64,000 nt of DNA, taken from the NCBI GenBank assembly GCA_044229975.1, contig JBGARZ010000002.1, forward strand, positions 96,001 to 160,000. The letters are read 5' to 3'. This DNA comes from Polyangiales bacterium. Its GTDB lineage: Bacteria > Myxococcota_A > Polyangia > Polyangiales > Ga0077539. The first letter of the stretch is position 1. The number at the start of each line of letters is the position of its first letter. A program made the position numbers and the translations under genes. Below are positions 8,763 to 18,027 of this stretch, one piece after another. Under the pieces are notes generated by a model. That model was not told where the DNA came from. It was given only the letters and a program-made list of their open reading frames with translations, and did no database searches.

Positions 8763-9866
8763 GTGCGAACCCCACCGCTGATTCGCCACCTCCGCGGCGT
8801 CGCTGTCCTCCTGGTGCTCGTCGCGCTCGATCAGCTCGTGACGGCCATCCGTCCCGTCCGCGGTGCTCCCTTCCAGGCGTCTCCGCTGCGCGTCGCGTCC
8901 GCGCTCTACGACCACGACCTCGCGCCGGGCGCCGCCACCGAGGAGCGCTGGGGCGACGCGCTCACTCCCCTCGTCACCAACTCCCTGGGCTTCCGCGATC
9001 GCTCGCGTCGCCGCATCGATCCGTCGTCGCGCCGTCGCCGGGTCTTGTTCATGGGTGACTCCTTCGCCGAGGGCATCGGGGTCCCCTACGAGCAGACCTT
9101 CGTGGGCCGCGTCGACGATCGCCTGCGCCGCGATGGCGTCGAGGTGCTCAACGCCGCGGTGGTCTCCTACTCACCGTCGATCTACTGGCGGAAGGTGAAG
9201 CACCTCGTCGAGACCGTGGGCCTGCGCTTCGACGAGCTCGTGGTCTTCGTCGACGTCTCCGACGTGCAGGACGAGGCGTGGTTCTACGAGCGCCGCGGCG
9301 ACGCCGTCGTACGGCAGCCCGGCGCCGACGAGCGCGTCTTCGGCGTGACGGCGCCGATGCGCCTCGCGTTCTGGGGCATCGGCCACTCCATCACGCTGCG
9401 CACCCTGTACCCCTTCGTGCCACGCGGTCACCGCGACCCGCTCGCGCATGCCCTCGACCACGCCAACCTCTCCTGGCGCCGCGGCGCGTGGACCACCGAC
9501 GCCGCCACCTACGCCTCGTACGCGCCCGTCGGCCTCGCGCGCTCCGACCGCGCCATGAACGACCTCGCCGCCCTGCTCGCTGCCCGCGGCATCCGGCTCA
9601 CCGTCGCGGTGTACCCGTGGCCCGTGCAGATCTTCGCGCGCGACCGCGACTCGCTCCAGGTGTCGCACTGGCGCGAGTGGTCGCGGCAGCACGGCGCCGA
9701 CTTCCTCGATCTCTTCCCTCGCTTCATCGGCGACGACCCCCCCGCGCGCGTCTACGACGCCCTCTTCATCCCCGGCGACTGTCACTGGAACGCCGCCGGT
9801 CATCGCGTCGTCGCCGACGCCTTCCTCGACCACTACCTCCACCGCCCGCGCCCCGGAGTGCATTGA
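8763..9866 (+). CDS. SGNH/GDSL hydrolase-fold membrane-anchored protein
   Basis: N-terminal TM, TNSLGFRD, RVLFMGDSFAEG, EVLNAAV, GDCHWNAAGH; start probably GTG 8763. Confidence 0.8.
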   Translation: MRTPPLIRHLRGVAVLLVLVALDQLVTAIRPVRGAPFQASPLRVASALYDHDLAPGAATEERWGDALTPLVTNSLGFRDRSRRRIDPSSRRRRVLFMGDSFAEGIGVPYEQTFVGRVDDRLRRDGVEVLNAAVVSYSPSIYWRKVKHLVETVGLRFDELVVFVDVSDVQDEAWFYERRGDAVVRQPGADERVFGVTAPMRLAFWGIGHSITLRTLYPFVPRGHRDPLAHALDHANLSWRRGAWTTDAATYASYAPVGLARSDRAMNDLAALLAARGIRLTVAVYPWPVQIFARDRDSLQVSHWREWSRQHGADFLDLFPRFIGDDPPARVYDALFIPGDCHWNAAGHRVVADAFLDHYLHRPRPGVH

Positions 9867-10780
9867 ACGACGTTCCCCCGAAGGTCGCGGTGCTGCTCGC
9901 CAACTTCAACGGCGGGCGCTTCCTCGACGAGGCCATCGCGAGCGTCGTGGCGCAGACCTTCCGCGACTGGGAGATGGTCGTCGTCGACACCGGGTCGGAC
10001 GACGAGTCGGTCGCCATCCTGGAGCGATGGGCCGCGATCGATGAGCGCATCAAGCCGGGGTTCTTCCCCGAGCGCATGTCGTGCCCCGCGGCGCTCAACG
10101 TCGCGCTGGAGCGCAGCAAGAGCCCGCTCGTCGCGCGCATCGAGAGCGACGACCTGTGGGAGCCGGGTCGCCTCGAAGCGCAGGTCGCCTTCTACGATCG
10201 ACCCGAAAACGCCCGCGTCGGCGTGCTCGGCACCGCCGCGACGCTCATCGACGAGTCGGGCGCGGTCACCGGGCTCAAGCGCTTCCCCGAGTCCCACGTC
10301 GGGTGCATGGAGATGATCTGGTTTCGTACGCCGCTCTGTCACAGCTCGGTGCTGCTGCGGCGGGCGGCCTTCGAGGAGTGCGGCGGCTACGACGACCGCT
10401 ATCGCTACTGCGAAGACCTCGAGCTGTGGTTTCGCGTGGGCCGCCGCTGGGAGGTTCGCAACCTGCCCGAGGCACTCACCCGCTACCGCGTGTGGACCGG
10501 CAGCCTCACGACCCGGCGCCTCACCACCCTCGTCTGGCGGAGCTGGCTCATCCGCATGTGGCGCGCGCCCTCGCTGGGCTACGAGGTCCCGCTCGGGGCG
10601 CGGGTGTACTCGTGCCTGAGCTTCGGCGTGCTCGCGCTGCCGCCCTTCACCACGCGGCGCCTCTACGAGTTCGTCGTCCAGCAGATCGGCGACCGCATCG
10701 AGGGCTCAGCCCCTCAGCGCGGCGACTCGCAGGTGGGCCACGGCTCCTCGAACACGTCGAGCTCGAAGAACCGCACCTGA
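9863..10780 (+). CDS. Glycosyltransferase family 2
   Basis: VAVLLANFNGGRFLDEAIASVVAQT..VVVDTGSDD, ARIESDD, GGYD...CEDLELW; TTG overlapping upstream TGA. Confidence 0.9.
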   Translation: MNDVPPKVAVLLANFNGGRFLDEAIASVVAQTFRDWEMVVVDTGSDDESVAILERWAAIDERIKPGFFPERMSCPAALNVALERSKSPLVARIESDDLWEPGRLEAQVAFYDRPENARVGVLGTAATLIDESGAVTGLKRFPESHVGCMEMIWFRTPLCHSSVLLRRAAFEECGGYDDRYRYCEDLELWFRVGRRWEVRNLPEALTRYRVWTGSLTTRRLTTLVWRSWLIRMWRAPSLGYEVPLGARVYSCLSFGVLALPPFTTRRLYEFVVQQIGDRIEGSAPQRGDSQVGHGSSNTSSSKNRT

Positions 10781-12660
10781 TCGCGCATGCCGTTGCGCTC
10801 GGGCGGATCGCGCTCCAGCACCAGCTCGACGTCGATGGGCCCGGCCTCGTGCTCCTGCGCCGGAATCAGGTAGCGCTCCACGTCGTGCGGCCCGGCCGTG
10901 AGGTTGAACAACATCTGCGTCCCCGCGCGCGGGTCGGGCTGCGGCGCGCGCACCCGCCCGCCGATGCGCACCGTGGGGTGGCAGAAGCTCCCGTGCTGCA
11001 CGCCGATCACCCGATCGCCCGCGCCCTGGTTGAGCGTCGCGCGCAGGCGCAGCGTCCCGGCGGGCGCGTCCATCCAGAGGTCCTCGAAGGGCCGCTCGGT
11101 CACTCCGCCGCGGATGGGCTGCGAGACCTGGGTGAGCGTCTCGCACGCGAAGCCGCAGCGCCCCGGCAGGATGCGAGAGAAGTTCGGCGACGACCACACG
11201 CTGCCGTCGGGGAGCGAGAGGTTCATCTCCACGGGTCGGAGCTGCGGGTCGTAGCCGGCGAGCACGCGCGTCGTCGCGCCGGGGATGACCTGCTGCCAGA
11301 CCGCGAAGCGCGACGACACCCGGGCGCAGCGGTCGACGAGGAGCGCGTGCTGCGGTCTCGATGGGCCGGCGGTGAAGGTCTTTGCGATGGAGCGCGGCCC
11401 GATGCTCTCCGACCACCACGAGGGCCCGTGCGTCGCCGACAACCAGCGGGCCGGCGGGATGCCGTGCCGGGTCGACGCGCGCGCGATCAGGATCTGCTCC
11501 CGGTATGTGAGCTTGTCGGCCAGCGCGGTGAGTTGGGGGCGCGCGGTGCCGGCCTTGAAGAGCGTCGAGCGCGCGACCAGCAGCATGGCCGTCCAGGCCA
11601 CGAGGGAGAGGGCGAGGCGCAGCCGCTCGGGGGCGCGCGCGGCCCACCCCGCGACGGTGCCGAGCGCGGCGGCGACGAGGAGGCCGAGCGCGGGCTCGAA
11701 GACCAGGAGGTAGCGGGGCAGCCAGAGGTAGCTGTGGCGGGTGTAGAGGTACGCGCCGCAGGGCCCGGCGAAGAAGGCCAGGAGCATCGCCGCCGAGCGC
11801 GGCTCGTGCCGTACGCGGGCGGGCCCGAAGGCCGCGACCGCGAGGACGACCAGCGCGGCGACGACGGTGGTGGTCGGGAGGCTGAGCTGGGCCGAGTCGA
11901 AGCTGCCACCCTGCGCCGTGAGGAAGGTGTGGATGGCCGAGGTCGAGTGGAGCGAGCCCGGCAGGGCGCGGGTGCGCAGCGCCTCGTAGACGGTGGTGCC
12001 CTGGATCAACAGCGGCGCGGTGATGGCCGCGACCAGCGCGCGGCGCGAGGTCGGCGGGCGGTAGGCGATCGCCGGGATGAGGAGCGCGGGCATGGCGAGC
12101 AGCGCGATGCCGTGGAAGTGCAACGCGAACGCTGCGCCGGTGGTGGCGAAGACGAGGTAGCGGCCACCCCTGCCGTTGATCCAGTGCACCGCGCCCCACG
12201 CGAGGGCGGCGAGGGGGAAGGTGGTGAAGGGCGCGTGCTGGCCGTCGCGGTAGGCGAAGAGGAGGTTGACGTCGGACGCGATGACGACGCCCGCGGCCAG
12301 GCCCCAGGGCCAGCCGTAGCGAGCGCGGATGAGCCGCGCCGACAGCACGACCGCGGCGCCGAGCAGTGTCAGCATGAGCCAGTACTCCGCCGCGGGGTCG
12401 GCGGTGAAGTACCGGATGAGCGCGAGCAGGTAGAGGTACCCGGGGCCCTGGAGCACCGAGCCCGCGAGGGGGCAGTTGCCGGTGCGGAGGCACGCCTCGC
12501 CGCGCTGGTGATAGATGTCGTGCTCGAAGGTGAACGGCCGCCCCGCGTCGATCTGCGTGGCGTACCGAACGACGAGGACGAACAGCACCACGTCGGCGCA
12601 CAGCGCGAGCAGCGGAAGCAGGCGTCGAACCCGCGGATCCCCGGTGAGACGATCGGACAC
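10714..12660 (-). CDS. Polytopic membrane protein, probable GT-C (ArnT/PMT-like) glycosyltransferase with C-terminal soluble domain
   Basis: About 10 hydrophobic segments; FEHD..Y..G and GPGY.YLLAL in the first loop, typical of GT-C. Confidence 0.6.
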   Translation of the reverse strand: MSDRLTGDPRVRRLLPLLALCADVVLFVLVVRYATQIDAGRPFTFEHDIYHQRGEACLRTGNCPLAGSVLQGPGYLYLLALIRYFTADPAAEYWLMLTLLGAAVVLSARLIRARYGWPWGLAAGVVIASDVNLLFAYRDGQHAPFTTFPLAALAWGAVHWINGRGGRYLVFATTGAAFALHFHGIALLAMPALLIPAIAYRPPTSRRALVAAITAPLLIQGTTVYEALRTRALPGSLHSTSAIHTFLTAQGGSFDSAQLSLPTTTVVAALVVLAVAAFGPARVRHEPRSAAMLLAFFAGPCGAYLYTRHSYLWLPRYLLVFEPALGLLVAAALGTVAGWAARAPERLRLALSLVAWTAMLLVARSTLFKAGTARPQLTALADKLTYREQILIARASTRHGIPPARWLSATHGPSWWSESIGPRSIAKTFTAGPSRPQHALLVDRCARVSSRFAVWQQVIPGATTRVLAGYDPQLRPVEMNLSLPDGSVWSSPNFSRILPGRCGFACETLTQVSQPIRGGVTERPFEDLWMDAPAGTLRLRATLNQGAGDRVIGVQHGSFCHPTVRIGGRVRAPQPDPRAGTQMLFNLTAGPHDVERYLIPAQEHEAGPIDVELVLERDPPERNGMRDQVRFFELDVFEEPWPTCESPR

Positions 12661-12754
12661 GGCGCCATTGGGGCTGCGATGGGATGGCGCGTCAAGCGCG
12701 TAAGGTTGCCGCTCTCTCCGTCGTCAGCTGCCTTCGCGCATAGACTCCGCGCCC

Positions 12755-14806
12755 GTGGACGCCCCCGACCTCCCGCCCGATGCCCCCGCACCGCGCGAGG
12801 TGCTGTGGCAGCAGGCGCTCATCCGCGCGTCGCTCCAGGGCCTCGAAGACGTCGCCACCGCCGACGCCGCCGAGGTGCTCTTCGCCCGCTCGCGCCGCCC
12901 CTCCACCGCGAGCACCTTCTTCGATCAGCTCGGCGAGGCCGCCCTCGCCCGGGGCTTCGCGGTCGCTCGCGTGAGCGTCCTCGAAGAGCGCGCCTTCGAC
13001 ACCCTCGACGGCCTCGTGCGCAACCTCCTGCTCTCCCTGCGCGCGCCCGCGATGCCCTCGCGCGCCCGCGGCTGGTCCGCCCTGCTCGATCGCTTCGCCG
13101 CCGCGCACCCCTCCGCCGCCGCGGCCTCCGCCGCCTTCGAGCGCGTCGCCCTCCGCTACGGCGCCGCGGGTGACCTCTCGGTGCTCAGCCGCGAGTACCT
13201 CGACGCCTCCCCTCGCCCGGCCCGCGCCCTCGCCCGCCTCGACGCGTGGCTCTCGGGCACCGAGCTCGCTCGCGTCGAGGGCCGCGTCGCCGCGCTCGCG
13301 TCGCTCACCTCCGTCACCGCCCGCCGCGCCCTCGGGGAGTTCACGCGCCTGCTCCGCGCGCTCGGCCACCACGGGCTGGTGATGATCTTCGAGGGCGCCG
13401 AGGTGCTCACGCGCCTCTCGCCCGCGCGCCGCGACGGCAGCTTCACCGTGCTGCGCGAGCTCATCGACAACGCCGACGGCGGTCGCGGTCTCGTCGCCGC
13501 CCAGCTCTGGGTCTCCGGCACCGCCGCCCTCTTCGACGGCCCGCGCGCCATCACCGCCTTTCGCCCGCTCGCCACGCGCGTCCTCGTCACCTCCACCTTC
13601 GACGGAACCTTCCCCCCGCCCCACCGCGCCCTCGTCGACCTCACGCCCATCGGCGACTGGGACCCGGGCAACCTCCTCCCCACGGTGCGCCCTCCCGCCC
13701 CGGAGGTGGCCTCCGCGCTCCGCGCCGTGATGCGCGCCTCGCACGGCCTGCCCCCGGCCGACCCGGAGGTCTCCATGAGCGTCGGCCACGAGCGCATCGA
13801 TGCCACCATCACCGAGCTCTTCCACCACGCGGCGCTGGAGAGCTCGGTGTTCGCGCTGGTCACGGGCGTCTACGGCGCGGGCAAGTCGCACCTGCTCATG
13901 CACCTCACGGCGCGCGCCCTCGCGGAGAAGCGCCCGGTGTTTCGCCTCGCGATGGAGCACCTCGACGCTGACCTCGGCAACCCGCAGCGCCACCTGCGAC
14001 GCATGCTCGACCAGGCCGTGCTGCCGCTCCCGTCGGCGCCCAGCGCGCTCGATCGACTCGTCGCGTGGACGCGCTCTGCGGTGGGCGTCCATGACCTGCT
14101 CACGGCCCTCGAAGAGATCGCCGCCACCGCTGGGGACGCCGCCGTCCCCGCGCGCAAGGCGCTCTCCCGCGCGTCGCGCCAGGCGGGCGCTGGCGTCGCG
14201 CTGGAGAGCTTCCTCGGCGCCTCCGACCTCGCCGCGCGCGTGGGCACGTCGGCGTATCGCCGCGACGCCTACCAGCGCCTCCAGCTCTGGCTCGAACTCC
14301 TCGCCCGCATGGACGGCTGCCGCAACCCGATGATCCTCATCGACGAGGCCGAGAACCTCTACCGCGGCCTCGACCGCGGGCAACGGCGCGCGGCGCTGCG
14401 GTCGCTGTCGTTCTATTGCGGCGGCACGCTCCCCGGGAGCTGCGTGGTGCTCGCCATCACGCCCGACGCCCTCACCTCGCTGCGCCAGGAGGCCGGAGAA
14501 CTCCTCGACGACGTGGCCGAGCAGCGCACCGTGCTCCCCTCCGAGGACGCCGCGATGCTCCGTCGGCGCATCACCTTCACGCGCCCGGTGGAGGTGCCCG
14601 AGCTCGACGCGGGGCAGCGGGTGGTGCTGGCGTTTCGGGTGCGCGCGACGCACGCGAGGGTGCGCGGCGACGTGGACGATCCGCGCTGGGCGTCGTGGGT
14701 GACGGGCGCGCTCGCCGACGCCGCGACGCCGCGCGAGCTGGTGCGCCGGGTCATCGATCGGCTGGAGGGGTTGTGGTGGCGCGCGGGCGCCGTCTCGACG
14801 CGCTGA
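12755..14806 (+). CDS. Tandem DUF2791 (BREX BrxC/BrxD-like) P-loop ATPase; first domain degenerate
   Basis: N half: ALARGFAVARV, GHHGLVMIFEGAE, LRELIDN; C half: GVYGAGKSH (Walker A) and ILIDEAENL (Walker B). Confidence 0.75.
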   Translation: MDAPDLPPDAPAPREVLWQQALIRASLQGLEDVATADAAEVLFARSRRPSTASTFFDQLGEAALARGFAVARVSVLEERAFDTLDGLVRNLLLSLRAPAMPSRARGWSALLDRFAAAHPSAAAASAAFERVALRYGAAGDLSVLSREYLDASPRPARALARLDAWLSGTELARVEGRVAALASLTSVTARRALGEFTRLLRALGHHGLVMIFEGAEVLTRLSPARRDGSFTVLRELIDNADGGRGLVAAQLWVSGTAALFDGPRAITAFRPLATRVLVTSTFDGTFPPPHRALVDLTPIGDWDPGNLLPTVRPPAPEVASALRAVMRASHGLPPADPEVSMSVGHERIDATITELFHHAALESSVFALVTGVYGAGKSHLLMHLTARALAEKRPVFRLAMEHLDADLGNPQRHLRRMLDQAVLPLPSAPSALDRLVAWTRSAVGVHDLLTALEEIAATAGDAAVPARKALSRASRQAGAGVALESFLGASDLAARVGTSAYRRDAYQRLQLWLELLARMDGCRNPMILIDEAENLYRGLDRGQRRAALRSLSFYCGGTLPGSCVVLAITPDALTSLRQEAGELLDDVAEQRTVLPSEDAAMLRRRITFTRPVEVPELDAGQRVVLAFRVRATHARVRGDVDDPRWASWVTGALADAATPRELVRRVIDRLEGLWWRAGAVSTR

Positions 14807-14812
14807 CGACGG

Positions 14813-15565
14813 CTACTTGAACCAGTCGCGACCGGGGCCGATGAGGAAGCCGATGAAGCTCCCCACCACGAGCGCGGCGACGATGAGCATCACCGAGAGG
14901 CGCGCGGGCGGCGCCGGGGTCGTCCGCCAGCTCCGGCGCATCAAGCGCTTGGCGACGATCTGCGCGAGCGGGCCCTTCGGGTCGGTGCCGAGCATCACGC
15001 CCAGGCAGCGCAGCATGATCTTCTCGATGTCGGGCGCGCGCTGATCGACGGGGCTGCCCGGCACGCGCAGCTCGTTGAGCGCCACCGCGTAGATGAACGC
15101 CATCCCCACCGGCAGCTTGCCCTGGTTGTCGGGCGCGCCGAGGATCTCGCAGACCTTCGTCCACTGGTTCTGGCTGACCAGGTTTTCGATGGTGCCCATG
15201 GCGATGGTCGACGCCGCGGAGGGCGGCATGCGCGACAACGTCGGCTCTGGCAGGTTGGACGGCATCACCTCGCGCTTCATGCCCTCCAGCAGCGCGCTCG
15301 GCGGCGTCGTCGCGATCATCTCGACGGGCTCGACCGTCTCGATGAGCAGGAGGTCGGACGGGTGCAGCGACACCGGCGGCACCGTCGGCGAAGCGCCCTC
15401 CGGCGGAGACAGCGTCGGCGGAGCCTCGCTCCCGCGCTGCCCCATGGTGGTGATCTCGATGAAGTCCGCGAGGGCGCGCAACGAGGGTCGCTCGCTGACG
15501 GGACGCTTCTCCTCTTCCTCCCAGCTATCGCCAGGCGGAGGAACACTCTTGACGGGCCCGGCCAT
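14813..15565 (-). CDS. Hypothetical protein with Pro-rich N-terminus and C-terminal TM anchor
   Basis: Clean ORF from MAGPVKSVPPP; ends LSVMLIVAALVVGSFIGFLIGPG. Confidence 0.7.
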   Translation of the reverse strand: MAGPVKSVPPPGDSWEEEEKRPVSERPSLRALADFIEITTMGQRGSEAPPTLSPPEGASPTVPPVSLHPSDLLLIETVEPVEMIATTPPSALLEGMKREVMPSNLPEPTLSRMPPSAASTIAMGTIENLVSQNQWTKVCEILGAPDNQGKLPVGMAFIYAVALNELRVPGSPVDQRAPDIEKIMLRCLGVMLGTDPKGPLAQIVAKRLMRRSWRTTPAPPARLSVMLIVAALVVGSFIGFLIGPGRDWFK

Positions 15566-15648
15566 GGGTTCGCTCTTTCCCTTTTCGGCGTCGACGATAC
15601 GCCGAGCCCGCGGCCGTTGCCCACTCTCTTGCAGCGGCACGAGTGCCG

Positions 15649-17157
15649 CTATTCGTAGACCCCGTCGAGGCGCCAGCGCGCGGTGATGGGGTCGTACGCG
15701 ACGAGGTAGAGCCCGCCGTCTTCGAGCTCGACGTCGTAGCCGTCGTGGGCGTAGCGCTCGGCCCACCAGTGGCCTTCGACGCGCCACGGCCCGCCGCAGC
15801 GCACCACGCGCCCGCGCACCTCGCCGGCCCTCACGCCCACCAGCTTCCCCCCGCTCAGATGAACCTCTGCCTCGCGTGGCGGGCGAAACACATGCAGCGC
15901 CATGGCGCGCCCGGTGGGAGCGGCGGGTGTTCGCGGGGTGCGCGGCGGATCGAAGGCGGCCATGGCGGCGGCGTAGGGCACGTGCGAGTCGGGCGCGACG
16001 GGTGCGCCCACGCGATCGGCGCCGACGAGGGCGGCGAGGCGGGTGAGCGTGAGGGCGAGGCGTTCGGGCGGCGGGCCGGGCGGGTCGAAGAGTCCGAGCT
16101 GCGTGGCGCGCAACGCGAGCGGGTGGGCCGCGATGCGCAGGGCCCGCACGGCATCGGGCGGCGCCTGCTTCTCCAGCGCGGCGCGCACGAGCGCGAAGAG
16201 CGAGGGGACGTCTCGCGTGGCCGTCGCGAGCGGGATCAAGCGCTCATCGGAGACGCGCGTGGTGAGGTCGAGGGCGAGCACCAGGGAGCCCACGCCGAGG
16301 CCGCGACAGGTGAGCCGGGCGACCAGCGCTTCGAGCACGCGGCGGGTCACGAAGAGCAGCGGCTCGGTGGTGAGCACCTCCCACTCGAACTCCACGCCCT
16401 CCTCGAAGCGCGCGGGCAGGGCCTGGGCGACGAAGGGTCGGTCGTCTTCGCCGCGGGCGAGCCGTACTGCGCGCGCGGCCTCCTCGCCGAGCCGCAGCCC
16501 CGCGTCGCCCACCGGGAGTCGGGCGAGCTCGGCGACCCGCGTGACGCCGTAGCGCCGCAGCGACGCGCGGAGTTCGTCGGTGAGTGACAGCGCCTCCAGG
16601 CCGAGTCGTCCGAGGTAGCGCGCCTCCTCGCCCGCGGGGATCACCGTCACCCCGTCCCGCTTCGACGCCACCGCGGCCACGCCGAGGTTGCTCGCGACGC
16701 CGACGGAGACCTCCAGGCCCACGCGCCGTGGCGCCTCGGTGAGCGCGGCCCCGAGGCCCGCTTCGGTCTCGTACATCCCCGCGAGCTCGCCCGCGTCGAT
16801 CCACACGCCGCGCGGCGCGGGGCAGAGCCGCGCTCCCACCGTGGCGACCGCGTCGAGCAGCGCGGAGCGGGCGCGCTGGAGCACCTCCTCGGACACGCCG
16901 CGCAGCCGAACGTCGGGAGCGACGGCCCGCGCGTGGTGCCCCGTCTGCCCGACCGCGACACCCAGCGAACGCGCCGGCGCCGTGCAGGCCACCACCCGGG
17001 CGGCGCCGTAGCCGGGCGGCAGCGCGCCTCCGCGGGCGGCGTCGGGGGCGACGTCGAGCACCGCGAGGGGGACGAGCGCGAGGTCGGGCTCGACGCGCAG
17101 CAGCGACGAGAGCGCGAGGTCACGCACGCGCACGAAGGCCACGCGGGTGGGCTTCAT
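15649..17157 (-). CDS. imuB: ImuB, inactive Y-family polymerase of the mutasome
   Basis: Y-family fold remnants (ARSLGVAVGQT, SVGVASN, YGVTRVAELARL), clamp motif QLGLF, C-terminal GPWRVEGHWW..DGYDVEL; catalytic carboxylates absent. Confidence 0.88.
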   Translation of the reverse strand: MKPTRVAFVRVRDLALSSLLRVEPDLALVPLAVLDVAPDAARGGALPPGYGAARVVACTAPARSLGVAVGQTGHHARAVAPDVRLRGVSEEVLQRARSALLDAVATVGARLCPAPRGVWIDAGELAGMYETEAGLGAALTEAPRRVGLEVSVGVASNLGVAAVASKRDGVTVIPAGEEARYLGRLGLEALSLTDELRASLRRYGVTRVAELARLPVGDAGLRLGEEAARAVRLARGEDDRPFVAQALPARFEEGVEFEWEVLTTEPLLFVTRRVLEALVARLTCRGLGVGSLVLALDLTTRVSDERLIPLATATRDVPSLFALVRAALEKQAPPDAVRALRIAAHPLALRATQLGLFDPPGPPPERLALTLTRLAALVGADRVGAPVAPDSHVPYAAAMAAFDPPRTPRTPAAPTGRAMALHVFRPPREAEVHLSGGKLVGVRAGEVRGRVVRCGGPWRVEGHWWAERYAHDGYDVELEDGGLYLVAYDPITARWRLDGVYE

Positions 17158-17210
17158 CCAACCCTGTCGACGTCAGCGCACCCGGCCGCCGCGGGTTTGC
17201 CGGGCTTCAT
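17154..17210 (-). CDS. Possible 18-aa linker ORF (MKPGKPAAAGCADVDRVG) coupled to imuA and imuB
   Basis: ATG overlaps imuA TGA (ATGA at 17207-17210); its TGA overlaps imuB ATG (17154-17157). Confidence 0.35.
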   Translation of the reverse strand: MKPGKPAAAGCADVDRVG

Positions 17211-17938
17211 CCCCTCGTCGCATCACCCCAGCGGATGCCCTCCGTCGACGGTGATCCGCCGCGCAGCCTTCGCACCATGAGCTCACCCACCGCGCCGTCG
17301 AGGAGGCTGGCGCCGCCGACCCATTGCGCGTGCTGGCGTCGCACGCCGAGGCCCACCGCCGCGTAGGCGCCCGGTCGCAGCCGCGGGTCGCCGTCGGTCA
17401 CGATCAGCAGCGCGGTGTTGGCGCGCTCGGCCCGCTGGGTGAGCCGCGCCCACGCCGAAGCCGGGATGCCGCGAGGGAGCGTTCGTGAGGGGGGAGCGCC
17501 CACGAGGTAGAGCGCGACCATCGCGAAGCCGCCGCCGTCGAGGATGAGGTCGGCACACCGGAGCGCGGCGTGGAGGTCGTCGGGACGAACCCACAGGACA
17601 CGCGCCCGCTCGTCGGCCGTGAGGTCATCGGGCTCCAGCGCGTCGGCCACGTCGATGAGCGCCACGGGCTCACCCGACGACGCGGCGTGCGCGAGCAGGT
17701 GCAGCGTGACGGCCATGCGCCCGGACGAGCGCGCCCCCGAGAGCTCGCTGATGCGCCCGCGCGGTAAGCCTCCGCCGAGGGCCTCGTCGAGCCGGGCGAT
17801 GCCCGTGGACACCACCGTCGGGCGCGCGCCGCGGGTGGGCGATCGGGTCGCCGGAACGACGAGGCCGAGGTGCTGCGACGCCTCCGAGAGCGCCCGTCGG
17901 GCGGCGGCGAGGCGGAGGTCGACGGCGGCGGCAGACAT
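17207..17938 (-). CDS. imuA: ImuA, RecA-like mutasome component
   Basis: STGIARLDEALGGGLPRGRISELSGARSSGR (Walker A with K to R), ALIDVAD, RVLWVRP; directly upstream of imuB. Confidence 0.88.
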   Translation of the reverse strand: MSAAAVDLRLAAARRALSEASQHLGLVVPATRSPTRGARPTVVSTGIARLDEALGGGLPRGRISELSGARSSGRMAVTLHLLAHAASSGEPVALIDVADALEPDDLTADERARVLWVRPDDLHAALRCADLILDGGGFAMVALYLVGAPPSRTLPRGIPASAWARLTQRAERANTALLIVTDGDPRLRPGAYAAVGLGVRRQHAQWVGGASLLDGAVGELMVRRLRGGSPSTEGIRWGDATRG

Positions 17939-17959
17939 GCGATGGCTCTATGCGCGATA

Positions 17960-17975
17960 CTGAACAAATGTTCCG
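17960..17975. promoter_or_regulatory. Putative LexA (SOS) box upstream of imuA
   Basis: CTGAACAAATGTTCCG, near-palindromic GAAC-N4-GTTC, 21 bp upstream of imuA ATG. Confidence 0.78.
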
Positions 17976-18027
17976 ATCTCGACAACCCATGGTCGTCGTC
18001 GGGCTCCGGGGTAGAACCTCCGCCTCC

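Noticed and set aside
12755..14806. Complete BREX system
   Set aside because: Only the ATPase is present; no pglX, pglZ, brxA/B/L or helicase in the window.
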